Below are positions 44,169 through 54,296 of a DNA stretch of 64,000 nt, one piece after another. This DNA is from Carpediemonas membranifera BICM (lineage: Eukaryota; Protista; Fornicata). A model generated the notes under the pieces. It saw only the letters and a list, made by a program, of their open reading frames with translations, had not been told where the DNA came from and made no database searches. The translations under genes were made by a program, and so were the position numbers. The DNA is taken from contig JAHDYR010000066.1 of NCBI GenBank assembly GCA_019828565.1, positions 62,001 to 126,000 on the forward strand, given 5' to 3'. Within the stretch, counting starts at the first letter, position 1. The number at the start of each line of letters is the position of its first letter.

Positions 44169-44618
44169 TTTGGTTGATTCAGTCTTTTCTGCGCCAAAGT
44201 TGAAAGTGCAGAATAATGCCCTTGCCAACGTTAAACCCCATCATCTCTTCGCGACACCTGATGCGAACCCAAGCTTCGCTTGGGGTTGCCGCGAGCTGGA
44301 GGGCCATGAAAACAAAGTCTGGAATTTAATTTCAACAAACGTCCATTGGACAGGGTGGCCGCGGTCCTGTACGGGTGGCCCTCCATCTGTGTCACACGGG
44401 GCAATCACGAGTTGTAGCCATTTCGCCGACGTCACTGGCTGCTCCGACACAGAATGATGTGCACTCGAACAAACCTGGACTGGCAGGGCCGCTATATTGC
44501 CTAATGTAGACGTGTAAATTGTGCACTCGGACACGTGTTTCTGAAAGTCCCGTCCAGTGTCTAATTCGGCGTTATTGTGCGCCAAATGATAAAGAGTGCA
44601 GTTTAGCGCAGAGCATCC

Positions 44619-44664
44619 TGTGCTATTGAAGGGCCGAACAATGTGTTATATACTGCGCAACACA
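44619..44664 (+). mobile_element. 46-bp solo terminal unit of family A (TGTG...CACA, TSD TCC)
   Basis: Matches the reverse complement of 36663-36706 with 1 substitution and 1 inserted base; TCC at 44616-44618 and 44665-44667. Confidence 0.9.
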
Positions 44665-45347
44665 TCCATCTGCGGCTCTGACTCACTCAGACGTCTGCCC
44701 TGTACCACTGCGTTTTGTGGGTGAGTCAACCTCAACATCCTTGGATGCACACTGGGTCGACTCGGGTCGACTCGGCAGAGGATGTTCTGCGGAACCCATC
44801 AGTCAGTGTCGCGAATCCCGTGATTCACCCAGCGTGCACTTGCCTGTTCAATATGATGCACTCTAAGTGACCATGCTTGACTCGGGTTTCCAGTGGCTCT
44901 ACCATCAATCGGGAGCAGAGTCGTGCCCTGACCAATACCCAGTCAGAATGAATTCGTTTGGTAGCGTCAGCATGGCACCTACAACATACGGAACCGGAGC
45001 TCGTCGCCCTGTCATCACGGATGCGACAAGCGGTTCATTCGACCAGGCATCAGCCGGTCGCCCAAACTATCCATACCTGCCATTCAGCACGTGTTCGTTC
45101 CTGGCCCCATTCACGACCGGCGGAGCCTGGACACAGTCATATACCGTCATCGACTATGATTCACCGTGTCGCGTGAGTCACGATGACCTGATAGACCAAT
45201 GTGACAGGCAGGGAATAGCATGCCGGGGTTCACCAACGCTCGAGAGATGGCGAGGTATGACATAATTCGTATTTATGGGTTATGTATACATAACTCAGAC
45301 CAACGGCGGGACTCACTTATCAAACAAGAGAGACAGCCTTGAACCAC

Positions 45348-46967
45348 TCACCCGAGCTTACCCCTGACCGGCGCCGCCTTTCTCCGGACGGCCGCCTTGC
45401 TGAGAATGCCCTTAATCTGCACAATGAACGGTACGACGCCCCACTCCCGCCTGCTGCGGACGGCCTTGGCATCCCGCTCGTCTTTGGGCCCGCTGAACCA
45501 CAGACTCTGGGGCCTCCCCCCCTCAGGGTGCCTGTCCTCGACGAACGCCTCCGACGTGACCATCTCTCGGCTCTGGTCGACCCCTCCCGCCCGCCACGTC
45601 TCGATGCACCGCTCCTCGAGCCCGGGCATGCGGAGAACGAGGTCGGGGTCCTCCATGCAGGACTGGATGTCCCGTAGGGCCTGCAGCTGGGCCTTCCCGA
45701 TGGCGTCGTTGGTGTCCCTGAGGTACTTGAGGAAGTCGCCGTCCTTCTTGATCACTTCGGGGTCCACGAGAGAGGCGACGTCCTCGAACTCCGCGATATG
45801 GGACGTGGGCACCCGCACCTCGCCCTGGGCGTCCGCGGCCTTCCACAGATGCTCCATGATCGCCTCCCTCGCCGGGTATTGGACTCTGTTCTGGCAGACA
45901 ACGTACCGCTCGCTGTTGGCGGGGCGGGACGAGTACGGCTTGATGATGGTGAACGTCTCGAACTGGGTGTACAGGATGTAAAGGACAGAGACGGTGAAGG
46001 GGCTGAAGCTGTCGAAGATCTTCAGGACGAAGTGGCCGCCCTTTCGCACGATAGTCAGCGCCACTATCGCCTGGCAGAGAACCAGCCGCTTGCTCTCGAT
46101 CTCCTGCATGTTGTAGTTGTGCGAGACGTCGTCGCCACCGTCGCACGTCAGCATGTCCACCGACCGGACGCCCTTCAGCTCCTCGTACGCTGCCCCAAGG
46201 CTGTAGATTGACGAGTGGAGCTTCATCACGTTCTCCCGGACGAAGACGGAGCCATCCGAGAATCGATCCGGGCCGTAGATGCGGAGGAACCGGTTCTCGG
46301 GCCGGTTGTGGTGCAGCGTGTACGTCCTCACGTGGAAGTTCTTCAAGTTAAAGTCGTGCTTGCCCTTCAGAGTCATCCCGAACTGCAGCAACCGTTCAGG
46401 GCCCATGCGCCAGAACATGTACTCCGTGAAACCGCCCGGGCCGGCGCACACGTCCGCGCAGACCAGTTGGCCGGCCCCGGCATCCTTCCGGAGGGACGAC
46501 GTGAGTTTGAAGAGGTGGTCTATGTTCATGAGCTTAACTGCGGCCCTATTGATGAAGATGTCCTTCTTGCAGTTCTCGTAGGGGTTGGCCCTGTCGCGAG
46601 CCTGGTAAAACTCCTCGAGGTTCTTGTCGTCAAAGTACGACTTCTGCTTCATGATCTCAATGAGAAGCTGTGGATCCATCACAGGAGTCCCGAAGGCCTC
46701 CGTCCACCAGCTGCTGTCGCTGAACTTGATCGTGTGCAGCTCAAGTTGAAGGGCCTTGATTACACCCTCACGGAGCTTGTCACCATTGCGTTTCACTCCC
46801 TTATCGCATTGAATGCTGTCAAACTTTTGCTCCGAGGGCCATTCAGCGGGCCAGTTGGACCGATCGTGCGATTTGTACGCAACGACGCCGTTACGGCCAG
46901 AACTAGCACCGTAGCCGGCAAGGATATTCGGGTTGGTGTCCTCTTCTTCCTCACCGAACGCAGACAT
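45348..46967 (-). CDS. CMTR1: Cap1 2'-O-ribose methyltransferase (FtsJ-like)
   Basis: RDRANPYE, FINRAAVKLMNID, DVCAGPGGFTEY, CDGG, GGHFVLKIFD and KPYSSRPANSERYVVC. Confidence 0.92.
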   Translation of the reverse strand: MSAFGEEEEDTNPNILAGYGASSGRNGVVAYKSHDRSNWPAEWPSEQKFDSIQCDKGVKRNGDKLREGVIKALQLELHTIKFSDSSWWTEAFGTPVMDPQLLIEIMKQKSYFDDKNLEEFYQARDRANPYENCKKDIFINRAAVKLMNIDHLFKLTSSLRKDAGAGQLVCADVCAGPGGFTEYMFWRMGPERLLQFGMTLKGKHDFNLKNFHVRTYTLHHNRPENRFLRIYGPDRFSDGSVFVRENVMKLHSSIYSLGAAYEELKGVRSVDMLTCDGGDDVSHNYNMQEIESKRLVLCQAIVALTIVRKGGHFVLKIFDSFSPFTVSVLYILYTQFETFTIIKPYSSRPANSERYVVCQNRVQYPAREAIMEHLWKAADAQGEVRVPTSHIAEFEDVASLVDPEVIKKDGDFLKYLRDTNDAIGKAQLQALRDIQSCMEDPDLVLRMPGLEERCIETWRAGGVDQSREMVTSEAFVEDRHPEGGRPQSLWFSGPKDERDAKAVRSRREWGVVPFIVQIKGILSKAAVRRKAAPVRGKLG

Positions 46968-47050
46968 CTCTTCGAGAAAAAGTGAAACCCGTCGTCCCTA
47001 AACTGCACATCGACTCAACTGTGTCGCGCCTGGCATAAAAGGCTCTTTAC

Positions 47051-48106
47051 TCAGGAGCAGTACTTGCGGCGCATCTCCTTCATGCGGCTCTCGAGCTGGG
47101 GGTCGAGCTTGAAGAGCAGCCCGTTGTTCTGGAGCACCAGTCGCACGGCGGTGTCCTCCATCCGCTCGATGACCTCGCCGAACTCAGCCGTTATCGCCAT
47201 CAGCTCCTTCTGTTGCCGGTACAGCTTTTCATGGTCGAAAGTGTCCTCTACGCGCTTTGTCACGTCGGCCATGGCCACCGTCGTGTCGGTCCGGAGGCCG
47301 GCCCAGTCGTCCGTGCCGAGGGCCGGGGCAGCAGGCTCAGCGGGCTCCTCCGGCTGGGGCTCTGGCTCTGGCTCGGCCTGGGGTGCAGGTGCAGGTGCTT
47401 GCCTCGGCTGGGGGGTCGTCTTGGGGGCACTGTTTGGCGTGTTCTCGTTGCCCGGCGCGCGTGGCCGCTGGAACTTAAGGGCGAAGTTGTTTGTGGGCAT
47501 GCTGACCTTGAGCTGCGGCTTAGGCATGGCGATTGAGGCCTGCTTGGGAGTGGGTGGGACGGGCTTGGCCAGGGTCAGGGGTCTCAGGTCCACGGGCTTT
47601 GTCTTGGGCGCGTTAAACTGCGGCATCTTGAGCTGGCGTGGTGCAAACTTTGGGGTGGGGTTTAGCTGCAGCTTGGGTGCATCAAGGGAGACTTGTGGCG
47701 CCGAGACTTTGGGGGGAGCCATCGCGGGCATCTCACCCTCCCGGACCGGGGTGGGTTCGGGGTCCATGATAGTGTCTGTGTCCTCCTCTACAGGCTCGTG
47801 ATCAAGCGGGAAAAGGCGGGGCTGTGGCGTGGGGGCGTGTGTTGGCGGGCGTGTCGAGGGAGGTGGCATGATCGGCATATCTTTCACTGGTGACGGCGCT
47901 GCTCCAAAATTATTGCCAGATAACTTGAAGAAAGGGTTGTCGTCTTCATCGTCTGAAGACTGAGCGTCTGCTGCGGTAAGAATCGATTGAGGAACAAACA
48001 GAGATTGAAATTGAAGGTGAAACCGCCACCTTCCTCCTCGTTTTGATTGTTCCCAGAGAAGTCAAAGGGCTGCGTAAGCTTATCAGTGGTTAAGGTGCCG
48101 TACCAT
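47051..48106 (-). CDS. Proline-rich hypothetical protein; introns 47971-47999 and 48070-48103
   Basis: Splicing gives M/PFDFSGNNQNEEEGGGFTFNFNL/SDAQSSDDED... in frame with ORF 47051-47887. Confidence 0.65.
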
Positions 48107-48206
48107 TGCCAATCGCTCTCCGCTCTTATCCGGCGTGCGATAAACTGCACCGACTGTGTTCGATTGATACCGGCCAGCTATTTACCTATTTGTAGCATAT
48201 CCAGGG

Positions 48207-49236
48207 TCATCTCCGGTCCCTATCAAACTCCCGCAGCTGGCGTACGACCTTGTCGATCTTTCGCATGTTCTTGCTCGTCGCACTCTCCTTCACCCTGCTG
48301 GCAGCCCCGCCATCCACCCGAAGTACGGTGGTTACACGGGAGCGCGCCTCATCGCGCTGTCGCTTGTACCTACTCGCACTTCTGCGGGCCTTTGCGGCCT
48401 CGCTCTCGAGCTCAGCTACGCGATTCTCGAGCGTCGCAGCCCGGTCGCGCCACGAACCCTGGTCGCCGTGAGCATTTGCCAGCAGCACTCGCATACTCTC
48501 AAGCTCCGTCTCCGCTGCACCCGCCCGCCGTTCGGCCGCGTCCCTCGCCTTCCGCTGGTCCCACAGCGCCTGCTCTGCCCGATCAAGGCCTGCCCGTAGC
48601 GTCTGCTCAGATGCCGCCAGATGCCGCTTCTCGGCCCTCAGCTCATCAACATCGGCCTGCAAGGCGGCTATGTCCCGCCGAAGCCTCTCCTCGACGGCCC
48701 CAGCCTCGGGGTCCCATGGCGGGGGCTGCTCAGCGCTCCTCTGCCACTCCAGGAGTTCCTTCACCCTGCTTTCGAGAGCTTGGTTGAGCTTGGCGGTGTG
48801 CTCGGCCTCGATGACGGCGCGGTGCTTGGCCTTCTCGATCTCATGAAGCTGGGCGTCGTGGTCAGACAGGATCCGCCTGGTCTGAAGCAGCTCATTGTTG
48901 CTCTCCTTGTTCTTGCTACGGGTCTTGTCTAGTTTCCTCTCGAGAGCCTCGAGTTGGCGCTTGAGCTCAGTATTCTCGCTCTTGATCGAGTCCATGTTGG
49001 CGGTGGCAGCCATAGCGTCATTCACTCGCGCCTCTAAGTATTCTATACGATCATCACGTTCATCTGTGTTAGAACGCGGTTCATACAAGGGATAACAAAC
49101 GCAATAGCTCTAAATTGCGCTCAAATCCTTGTTTGAGACGCTGCAGACCGCCACGAAGGGTCTCATTCTCCTGCAAAACGACGCTTGCTGGATCATCCGC
49201 ATCAAGGTGATCCCCATATGACGCAGTAGCCAGCAT
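48207..49236 (-). CDS. Coiled-coil protein; intron 49064-49100
   Basis: A 37-nt GTTTGT..CTAACACAG intron joins ORF 49081-49401 to 48207-49088 (LELL/HERDDRIEYLE); start uncertain. Confidence 0.7.
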
Positions 49237-49636
49237 TCGTGGGGAAATTCGTCGCTTCGCTGATCTCGTCATCCGCGATGTCATGGATAGCATGTGCCAA
49301 GTGAGATGGGCTGGGCAGCAGTACACGTGGAGCAGCTGCCCGAGTTCAGCTGTCCAGTCGTCCGGGTGTTGAACCGTGTATTCCGGCAAGGTCCATGTCA
49401 TTCATAAACTGACACGCGCTACGTTGGGCAATGTACGGTGTTTCATGAGACAAGACTAACAACAGCGCTAGCCGCAGACATCGCTCGAGTGCCTCGGGAG
49501 GCGTCCGGTTCGCATGTGCCAAAACTGACAGATCGAAGAAAGTAGGGTTGGGCGGGGCAGTATTGGTCACAGCACGCTCTCCCGGGGTCTGGATCCGCAA
49601 GGTTCCCCGGGAGTCTGCGGGTTGTGAAGCATCACT

Positions 49637-51124
49637 ATGATGAGCACCCGACCAGACGATGAAACGAAAAGCTGCCTGCGCCTGGATTGTTTTCTATGCG
49701 TAGATCAGAAGAAAGTAGCAGGAACCCTCACTCTTTTGCCCTATGTGATGAACTTCGCTCCCAGCGAGATTGACGACTGCATTCAGGACGACGAGGATGA
49801 CAAGCGAGGAGCTAGCCATCTTCAGTACGCTATTACAATACAACCCGGTGCTGTGCGGCATTCAGCGCTCTCAAGCCATCTTCCCACTTCTACAAGCATC
49901 CGACGCCAATCCACAGCCCGCACGCCAAGCGGAGACGGCTCGCCTGCCTCAAGCTCAAGGTCTGAGGCCGGCGCCTTCAAGCGGACGATGTCCACACGGG
50001 TCCGCACCCGGTCGGCGTCCGACCCCGCCATGCCGCGGTGCTTCCTCCTCATCAGCTACAAGCAGGCCAGCCGCGACGAGCCCGGGCGCAGACGATGGTC
50101 CAGCGCGTTTTTTATGGCCGAGCCAACCCATCTGCTGTCGTTCTACACCGCGATGATGGCAGCCTCCGTGTCGTCCAAGCGCTTTTCCCAGCAGCTGGCC
50201 CGGCCGCACGACTACGGCCGCCGTACACAGCAGGCCGGCCAGTCGCCCAGGCCATTGTCTTCACGGCAGGCTAAGCTGGACGCAATGGGATGTGCCACCC
50301 CGCCGTCGCACGACAGCAGCCTCCTCTCCCTCATCGCGCAGGTTAACGCTGCCGACGACTCCGACCCCGTCGACCTTGCCCAAGTACGGCTACGGTACCA
50401 GCTCCCCCTCGACTCCCCCGGCTCGGCCCGGTCCTTTGAGTATCTCTCGGACGTGTCCGTCGACTCCTACCCGTCGTCCGACGAGGCCGACATCGGCGTC
50501 AGAGTCCGTCCATCCGCATACGTCACTACAGAGCCCAGGACAGCTACTGGGGCTGCTCCAGCCCGGACCATCGTGCCCGAGGAGCCGTCGCCCTCGGAGA
50601 TCCTGCCCTCCACCCACTTCCAGCGCGTCCTCGACCGTGCCCCGCGGGTCCACGCCATCACTGCGCCCGTCCTGCTGTACTCGGACAACGTCCACGGCCG
50701 CTCCTTGCAGACGTTGTACAGGCACTGCCTCCATGCGGCCGCCTCGATCCTCATCGTAGAGACAAAGGCCGGGAGCGTCATGGGCGCCTTCACCACAGCC
50801 CAGTGGGCGCCGAGGACACACAGGACGTTCTTCGGGACGGGCGAGAGCTTCGTGTTCAAGTCCGAGGCCGGCAGACTGACCCTCTTCCCCTGGTCGGGCT
50901 CCAACAACTCCTTCCAGCTGTGCCTCCACGACTGTCTGGCCGTCGGTGGTGGTGGACCCGGCGTGGGCGCGGCGATATTCCTCACTGACAACCTCGAGGA
51001 CGGCGAGTCGACCCTCTGCCCGACGTTTGGATCGCCCAGTTTGTGTAATCAATTGATTGGCCGGGATGAGGACAGGACGCGGTTCCAGGTGGCCAAGGTT
51101 GAGGTCTGGGGTTTTGGGGTGTAG
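49637..51124 (+). CDS. TLDc-domain protein (OXR1-like)
   Basis: LLYS...HGRSLQTLY, GAF, FFGTGESFVF, WSGSN, LAVGGGG, TFGSPSL and VEVWGF. Confidence 0.9.
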   Translation: MMSTRPDDETKSCLRLDCFLCVDQKKVAGTLTLLPYVMNFAPSEIDDCIQDDEDDKRGASHLQYAITIQPGAVRHSALSSHLPTSTSIRRQSTARTPSGDGSPASSSRSEAGAFKRTMSTRVRTRSASDPAMPRCFLLISYKQASRDEPGRRRWSSAFFMAEPTHLLSFYTAMMAASVSSKRFSQQLARPHDYGRRTQQAGQSPRPLSSRQAKLDAMGCATPPSHDSSLLSLIAQVNAADDSDPVDLAQVRLRYQLPLDSPGSARSFEYLSDVSVDSYPSSDEADIGVRVRPSAYVTTEPRTATGAAPARTIVPEEPSPSEILPSTHFQRVLDRAPRVHAITAPVLLYSDNVHGRSLQTLYRHCLHAAASILIVETKAGSVMGAFTTAQWAPRTHRTFFGTGESFVFKSEAGRLTLFPWSGSNNSFQLCLHDCLAVGGGGPGVGAAIFLTDNLEDGESTLCPTFGSPSLCNQLIGRDEDRTRFQVAKVEVWGFGV

Positions 51125-51177
51125 ACCGTTTCTTTCTTTAATTCCGGCCTGATCAGGTCGGGAGTTATAAAACTGAT

Positions 51178-51795
51178 TTACAGGCTCGACGACGACTTAA
51201 TCCGGTTGAACATCGCGTTAAACCGACTCAGGAGAGTATCAGCATAGACCCCGAGGCAGACGCCGAAGAACCAGACGTACATCTTCCAGTTCGTAGAGAC
51301 CAGGTTGACGATGCCGGGGCCGGGGCAGATGCCGCCAATGCCCCAGCCGATGCCGAAGATGATGGGGCCAATGACGAGGTTCCATGCGAGGTTCTTGTTC
51401 GTGGGCAGGCCGAACTTCTCCGCGAGGACGGGCTTCTTGATGAGACGGAGGATGCCCTGGAACGCGATCGTCGTGAAGATCAGACCGCCACCCATGACGA
51501 ATCCAAGGGACGGGTCCCACTTGCGCAAGTCGGAGATGGCTAGGAAGCGGAGAACCTTGTTGGGGTTGGTCATGTTGGCCAGCGCAAGGCCAAACGCGAA
51601 GAGGGCCCCTGAGATAAAGGTAACTGAGAAGTACATGACCTTGCGGGCGATGCAGGTTGGATCCCTGACGCAAAGCGTCTCTTTGGTAAGAGTGGTGACT
51701 TCCGCGTCACCAGACTCCATCGTCTCGGCCTCAGATGAAGAGCTGTTGCTGTCTTTAAGGTCAATTGAGCTACTCGCGTTGTATACTTCCGCCAT
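51178..51795 (-). CDS. YeeE/YedE family sulfur-compound transporter subunit
   Basis: FAFGLALANMTNPNKVLRFL, WDPSLGFVMGG and FGIGWGIGGICPGP. Confidence 0.9.
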   Translation of the reverse strand: MAEVYNASSSIDLKDSNSSSSEAETMESGDAEVTTLTKETLCVRDPTCIARKVMYFSVTFISGALFAFGLALANMTNPNKVLRFLAISDLRKWDPSLGFVMGGGLIFTTIAFQGILRLIKKPVLAEKFGLPTNKNLAWNLVIGPIIFGIGWGIGGICPGPGIVNLVSTNWKMYVWFFGVCLGVYADTLLSRFNAMFNRIKSSSSL

Positions 51796-52010
51796 TGGTC
51801 TCTCGAATCCTTTCGGAATTCGAATCGCTTCCGCCTGCCTCGAGGCTTACCTGAGTCGACACCAGATTTCGAGCCAAAAAGACAGGAGTGGTTGTTTAGA
51901 AGGTAGCTGAGACATCCAGAGTAGTTTCCTGCCAATATCTTGCACCTGTCAAAAAAAGACGTGAACGAAAGATTAGAACTGGTCTGAACAGGCATCAGAA
52001 AGCAGTCTAA

Positions 52011-52484
52011 TCAGTTTCTAAGCGTAGCCACCAGCCTGCGTGGCTCCAGAAGCAGCTCAAAGGCGCGCAGAATGTCTCCAATCACGACATCCGCTGAGGC
52101 CAAGGTCCTTGCGGACGCACCCTCTTGCTGCATGACAGCGATCCCGACAGCCGCCTCCTGCAGCATCAGGGCGTCATTACGGCCGTTTCCGATGGCTGCG
52201 ACAGTCTCAGCGCCCAAGGAGCGCACAAACTGGGCCTTGCTCTCATCAGCAGGCGCATCGGACGAGATGACGGCTAGCTGGCAACGGGTTCCACCTATTT
52301 GCTGAGCTACACTGCAAAAAGTGTCCGCAGTCACCACATGAACCAGCACATGGTCACTAAGCTTCTTAAGCGCCGCTTTCACGCCAGGAAGGAGCTTTCC
52401 ATCCATTGCAAGCGTGCCATTGAAGTCTAGAACGAGGTTTTGCAACATGAAGTCGCCAAAGCCTGGTATGTTCAGCAGGATCAT
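52011..52484 (-). CDS. Soluble P-type ATPase-like HAD hydrolase
   Basis: LVLDFNGTLAMDG, VTADTF, AIGNGRNDALML, EGAS and C-terminal RLVATLR, typical of the prokaryotic family. Confidence 0.9.
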   Translation of the reverse strand: MILLNIPGFGDFMLQNLVLDFNGTLAMDGKLLPGVKAALKKLSDHVLVHVVTADTFCSVAQQIGGTRCQLAVISSDAPADESKAQFVRSLGAETVAAIGNGRNDALMLQEAAVGIAVMQQEGASARTLASADVVIGDILRAFELLLEPRRLVATLRN

Positions 52485-52554
52485 GAGGAAAGGGTTGTCT
52501 GGTCAAGGTCTGGTCAAAAGTCGTCGAGCAACAATACAGCACAGGCTGTAGGGC

Positions 52555-54018
52555 TCAAGCAGTCTCGTTTAACTCGTCTGGAGGCGGCATTGAGTGCACG
52601 ATAGGGTAAAACTTGCCTTCCACCTTCCCCGATCTCCTCCGACGCCACACGGTGACGAGACTGGCCGCAGGGACAGCAGCAACGACCACACACCCCACTA
52701 CACACACGCCGGCACAGCACAGGCAGAGGAGGACGAGGACAACGATGCCCAGCGCCAGGGCGAGGAGGGAGGGCAGCATGTCGGCGAAACCCGGGACCCG
52801 GAAGAAGTAGACGGCACCGGCGTTGAAGTTGCCGTCGATGTCCTCGTCGACCGCACCAGAGATGACAGTAGTACCACTAATGGCGACGTTCTTGCCGATC
52901 ATATCGCTGTCCGTGGCGTCACTCGCCACCATCTGCCGCGTCTGGGACCACGACGGCCCATCGCCCTGCTCGAACAGGTACACCCGCCCGACATCCACAC
53001 CGTTGTGCAACAGGCTCCTGGCGTTGCTGTACGGCGCCCCCACCGCCATGAGCCCTCCGTCCATGGCGACGCTCCACCCGAACATCTGGTCGTCCCAGTC
53101 AGCCCGACTGTCGTAGTCCGCAGTGAGCTTGGCGGCCTGAGCCCATGTGGTGCCGGTGCGGGTGTATATATAGACCGCCCCGACGTCCATGTCATGCCCG
53201 GGGCAGCCGACGGCCACGAACGAGGCGTCCTCGCTGAGTGCCACATCGCTACCAAAGTAGGAGAACGGGTCTGCATCAGAGGGAGCTAATTTGGCCTCCT
53301 CATCCCAGGTGATCCCGTCAGCCGAGGAAAACATGTACACACCCGCGAACACGGTCTCATCGTCCCTGCTGGCGGCCACGGCCATGCGGGCGCCGGCCAT
53401 AGCCAGCCGGTGGCCGAAGTACGCGTTGTTGGAGGGGTCTGAGGCGGTGAGTTTCTGTGTCGCCGTCCACGTCGCGCTCGTCAGCAGGAATACGACGACG
53501 GCCCCACCCTCGTTGGCCGCAGCGTCGCTCTTGGGCGCCCCGACAGCGATTGTCGTGCCAGATATGGCCACGGATGATCCAAACAGGTCATACTGAGACC
53601 CCGCGGAGTCGACCAGCTTCTGCATCAGGGACCACACCGTGTCGTCCAGCTGGAAGACGTAGGCTGCTCCCTTGTCGTCGGCATTGCTCGCACCCACGAC
53701 CATGTAGTCCCCGTGCAGCGCTACGGCAGACCCGAGCGTGCAGTCGCCGGCGCCGGCGTCGGACACGGTCAGGGTCTGGTGGAGGCGCCATACGTCGTGG
53801 GGCTTGCGATATACGTAGACGCGCCCATCCAAATCGTTTTCGTAATACGCGCCAACGACAGCATAAGAACCGTTGATGGCGACAGAGTTGCCCATGAAGC
53901 CATAGGCGCGAGGTTCACCAGAAAACTTGTCGAATTCGAGAATAACGCCGAGAATAAGAGATGCAACAAGCACAACCGCCTGCCATACACACAGTGGGAT
54001 AAATGAAGCAATTCTCAT
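52555..54018 (-). CDS. FG-GAP repeat beta-propeller membrane protein
   Basis: About seven FG.SVAI....VGA repeats, N-terminal signal and C-terminal TM; start taken at MRIASF. Confidence 0.88.
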   Translation of the reverse strand: MRIASFIPLCVWQAVVLVASLILGVILEFDKFSGEPRAYGFMGNSVAINGSYAVVGAYYENDLDGRVYVYRKPHDVWRLHQTLTVSDAGAGDCTLGSAVALHGDYMVVGASNADDKGAAYVFQLDDTVWSLMQKLVDSAGSQYDLFGSSVAISGTTIAVGAPKSDAAANEGGAVVVFLLTSATWTATQKLTASDPSNNAYFGHRLAMAGARMAVAASRDDETVFAGVYMFSSADGITWDEEAKLAPSDADPFSYFGSDVALSEDASFVAVGCPGHDMDVGAVYIYTRTGTTWAQAAKLTADYDSRADWDDQMFGWSVAMDGGLMAVGAPYSNARSLLHNGVDVGRVYLFEQGDGPSWSQTRQMVASDATDSDMIGKNVAISGTTVISGAVDEDIDGNFNAGAVYFFRVPGFADMLPSLLALALGIVVLVLLCLCCAGVCVVGCVVVAAVPAASLVTVWRRRRSGKVEGKFYPIVHSMPPPDELNETA

Positions 54019-54296
54019 GCCGTTCTGTTTTGAAAAGTGAACGGCGTGTGAGAGTGCTGAATTGATGAGGCAATGATGCGGTTGATGCCGGACAGACACG
54101 CGCCTCTGCAGGCGAGGGTCGACCAGATACGCCCTGTCGTGTCGTTCGTTGGAAACATGAGGTCGGCATCTTGGAGTTGTGGCGACTCACAGACCCACCT
54201 CCAACAAGCACTGTAAGTCAATGGTGTGCAACGGAAGCGAGACGACCCTAGCCCCCAGCACCCTCACTATCCGCAAGTGTCGTTTAATCAAATCAG

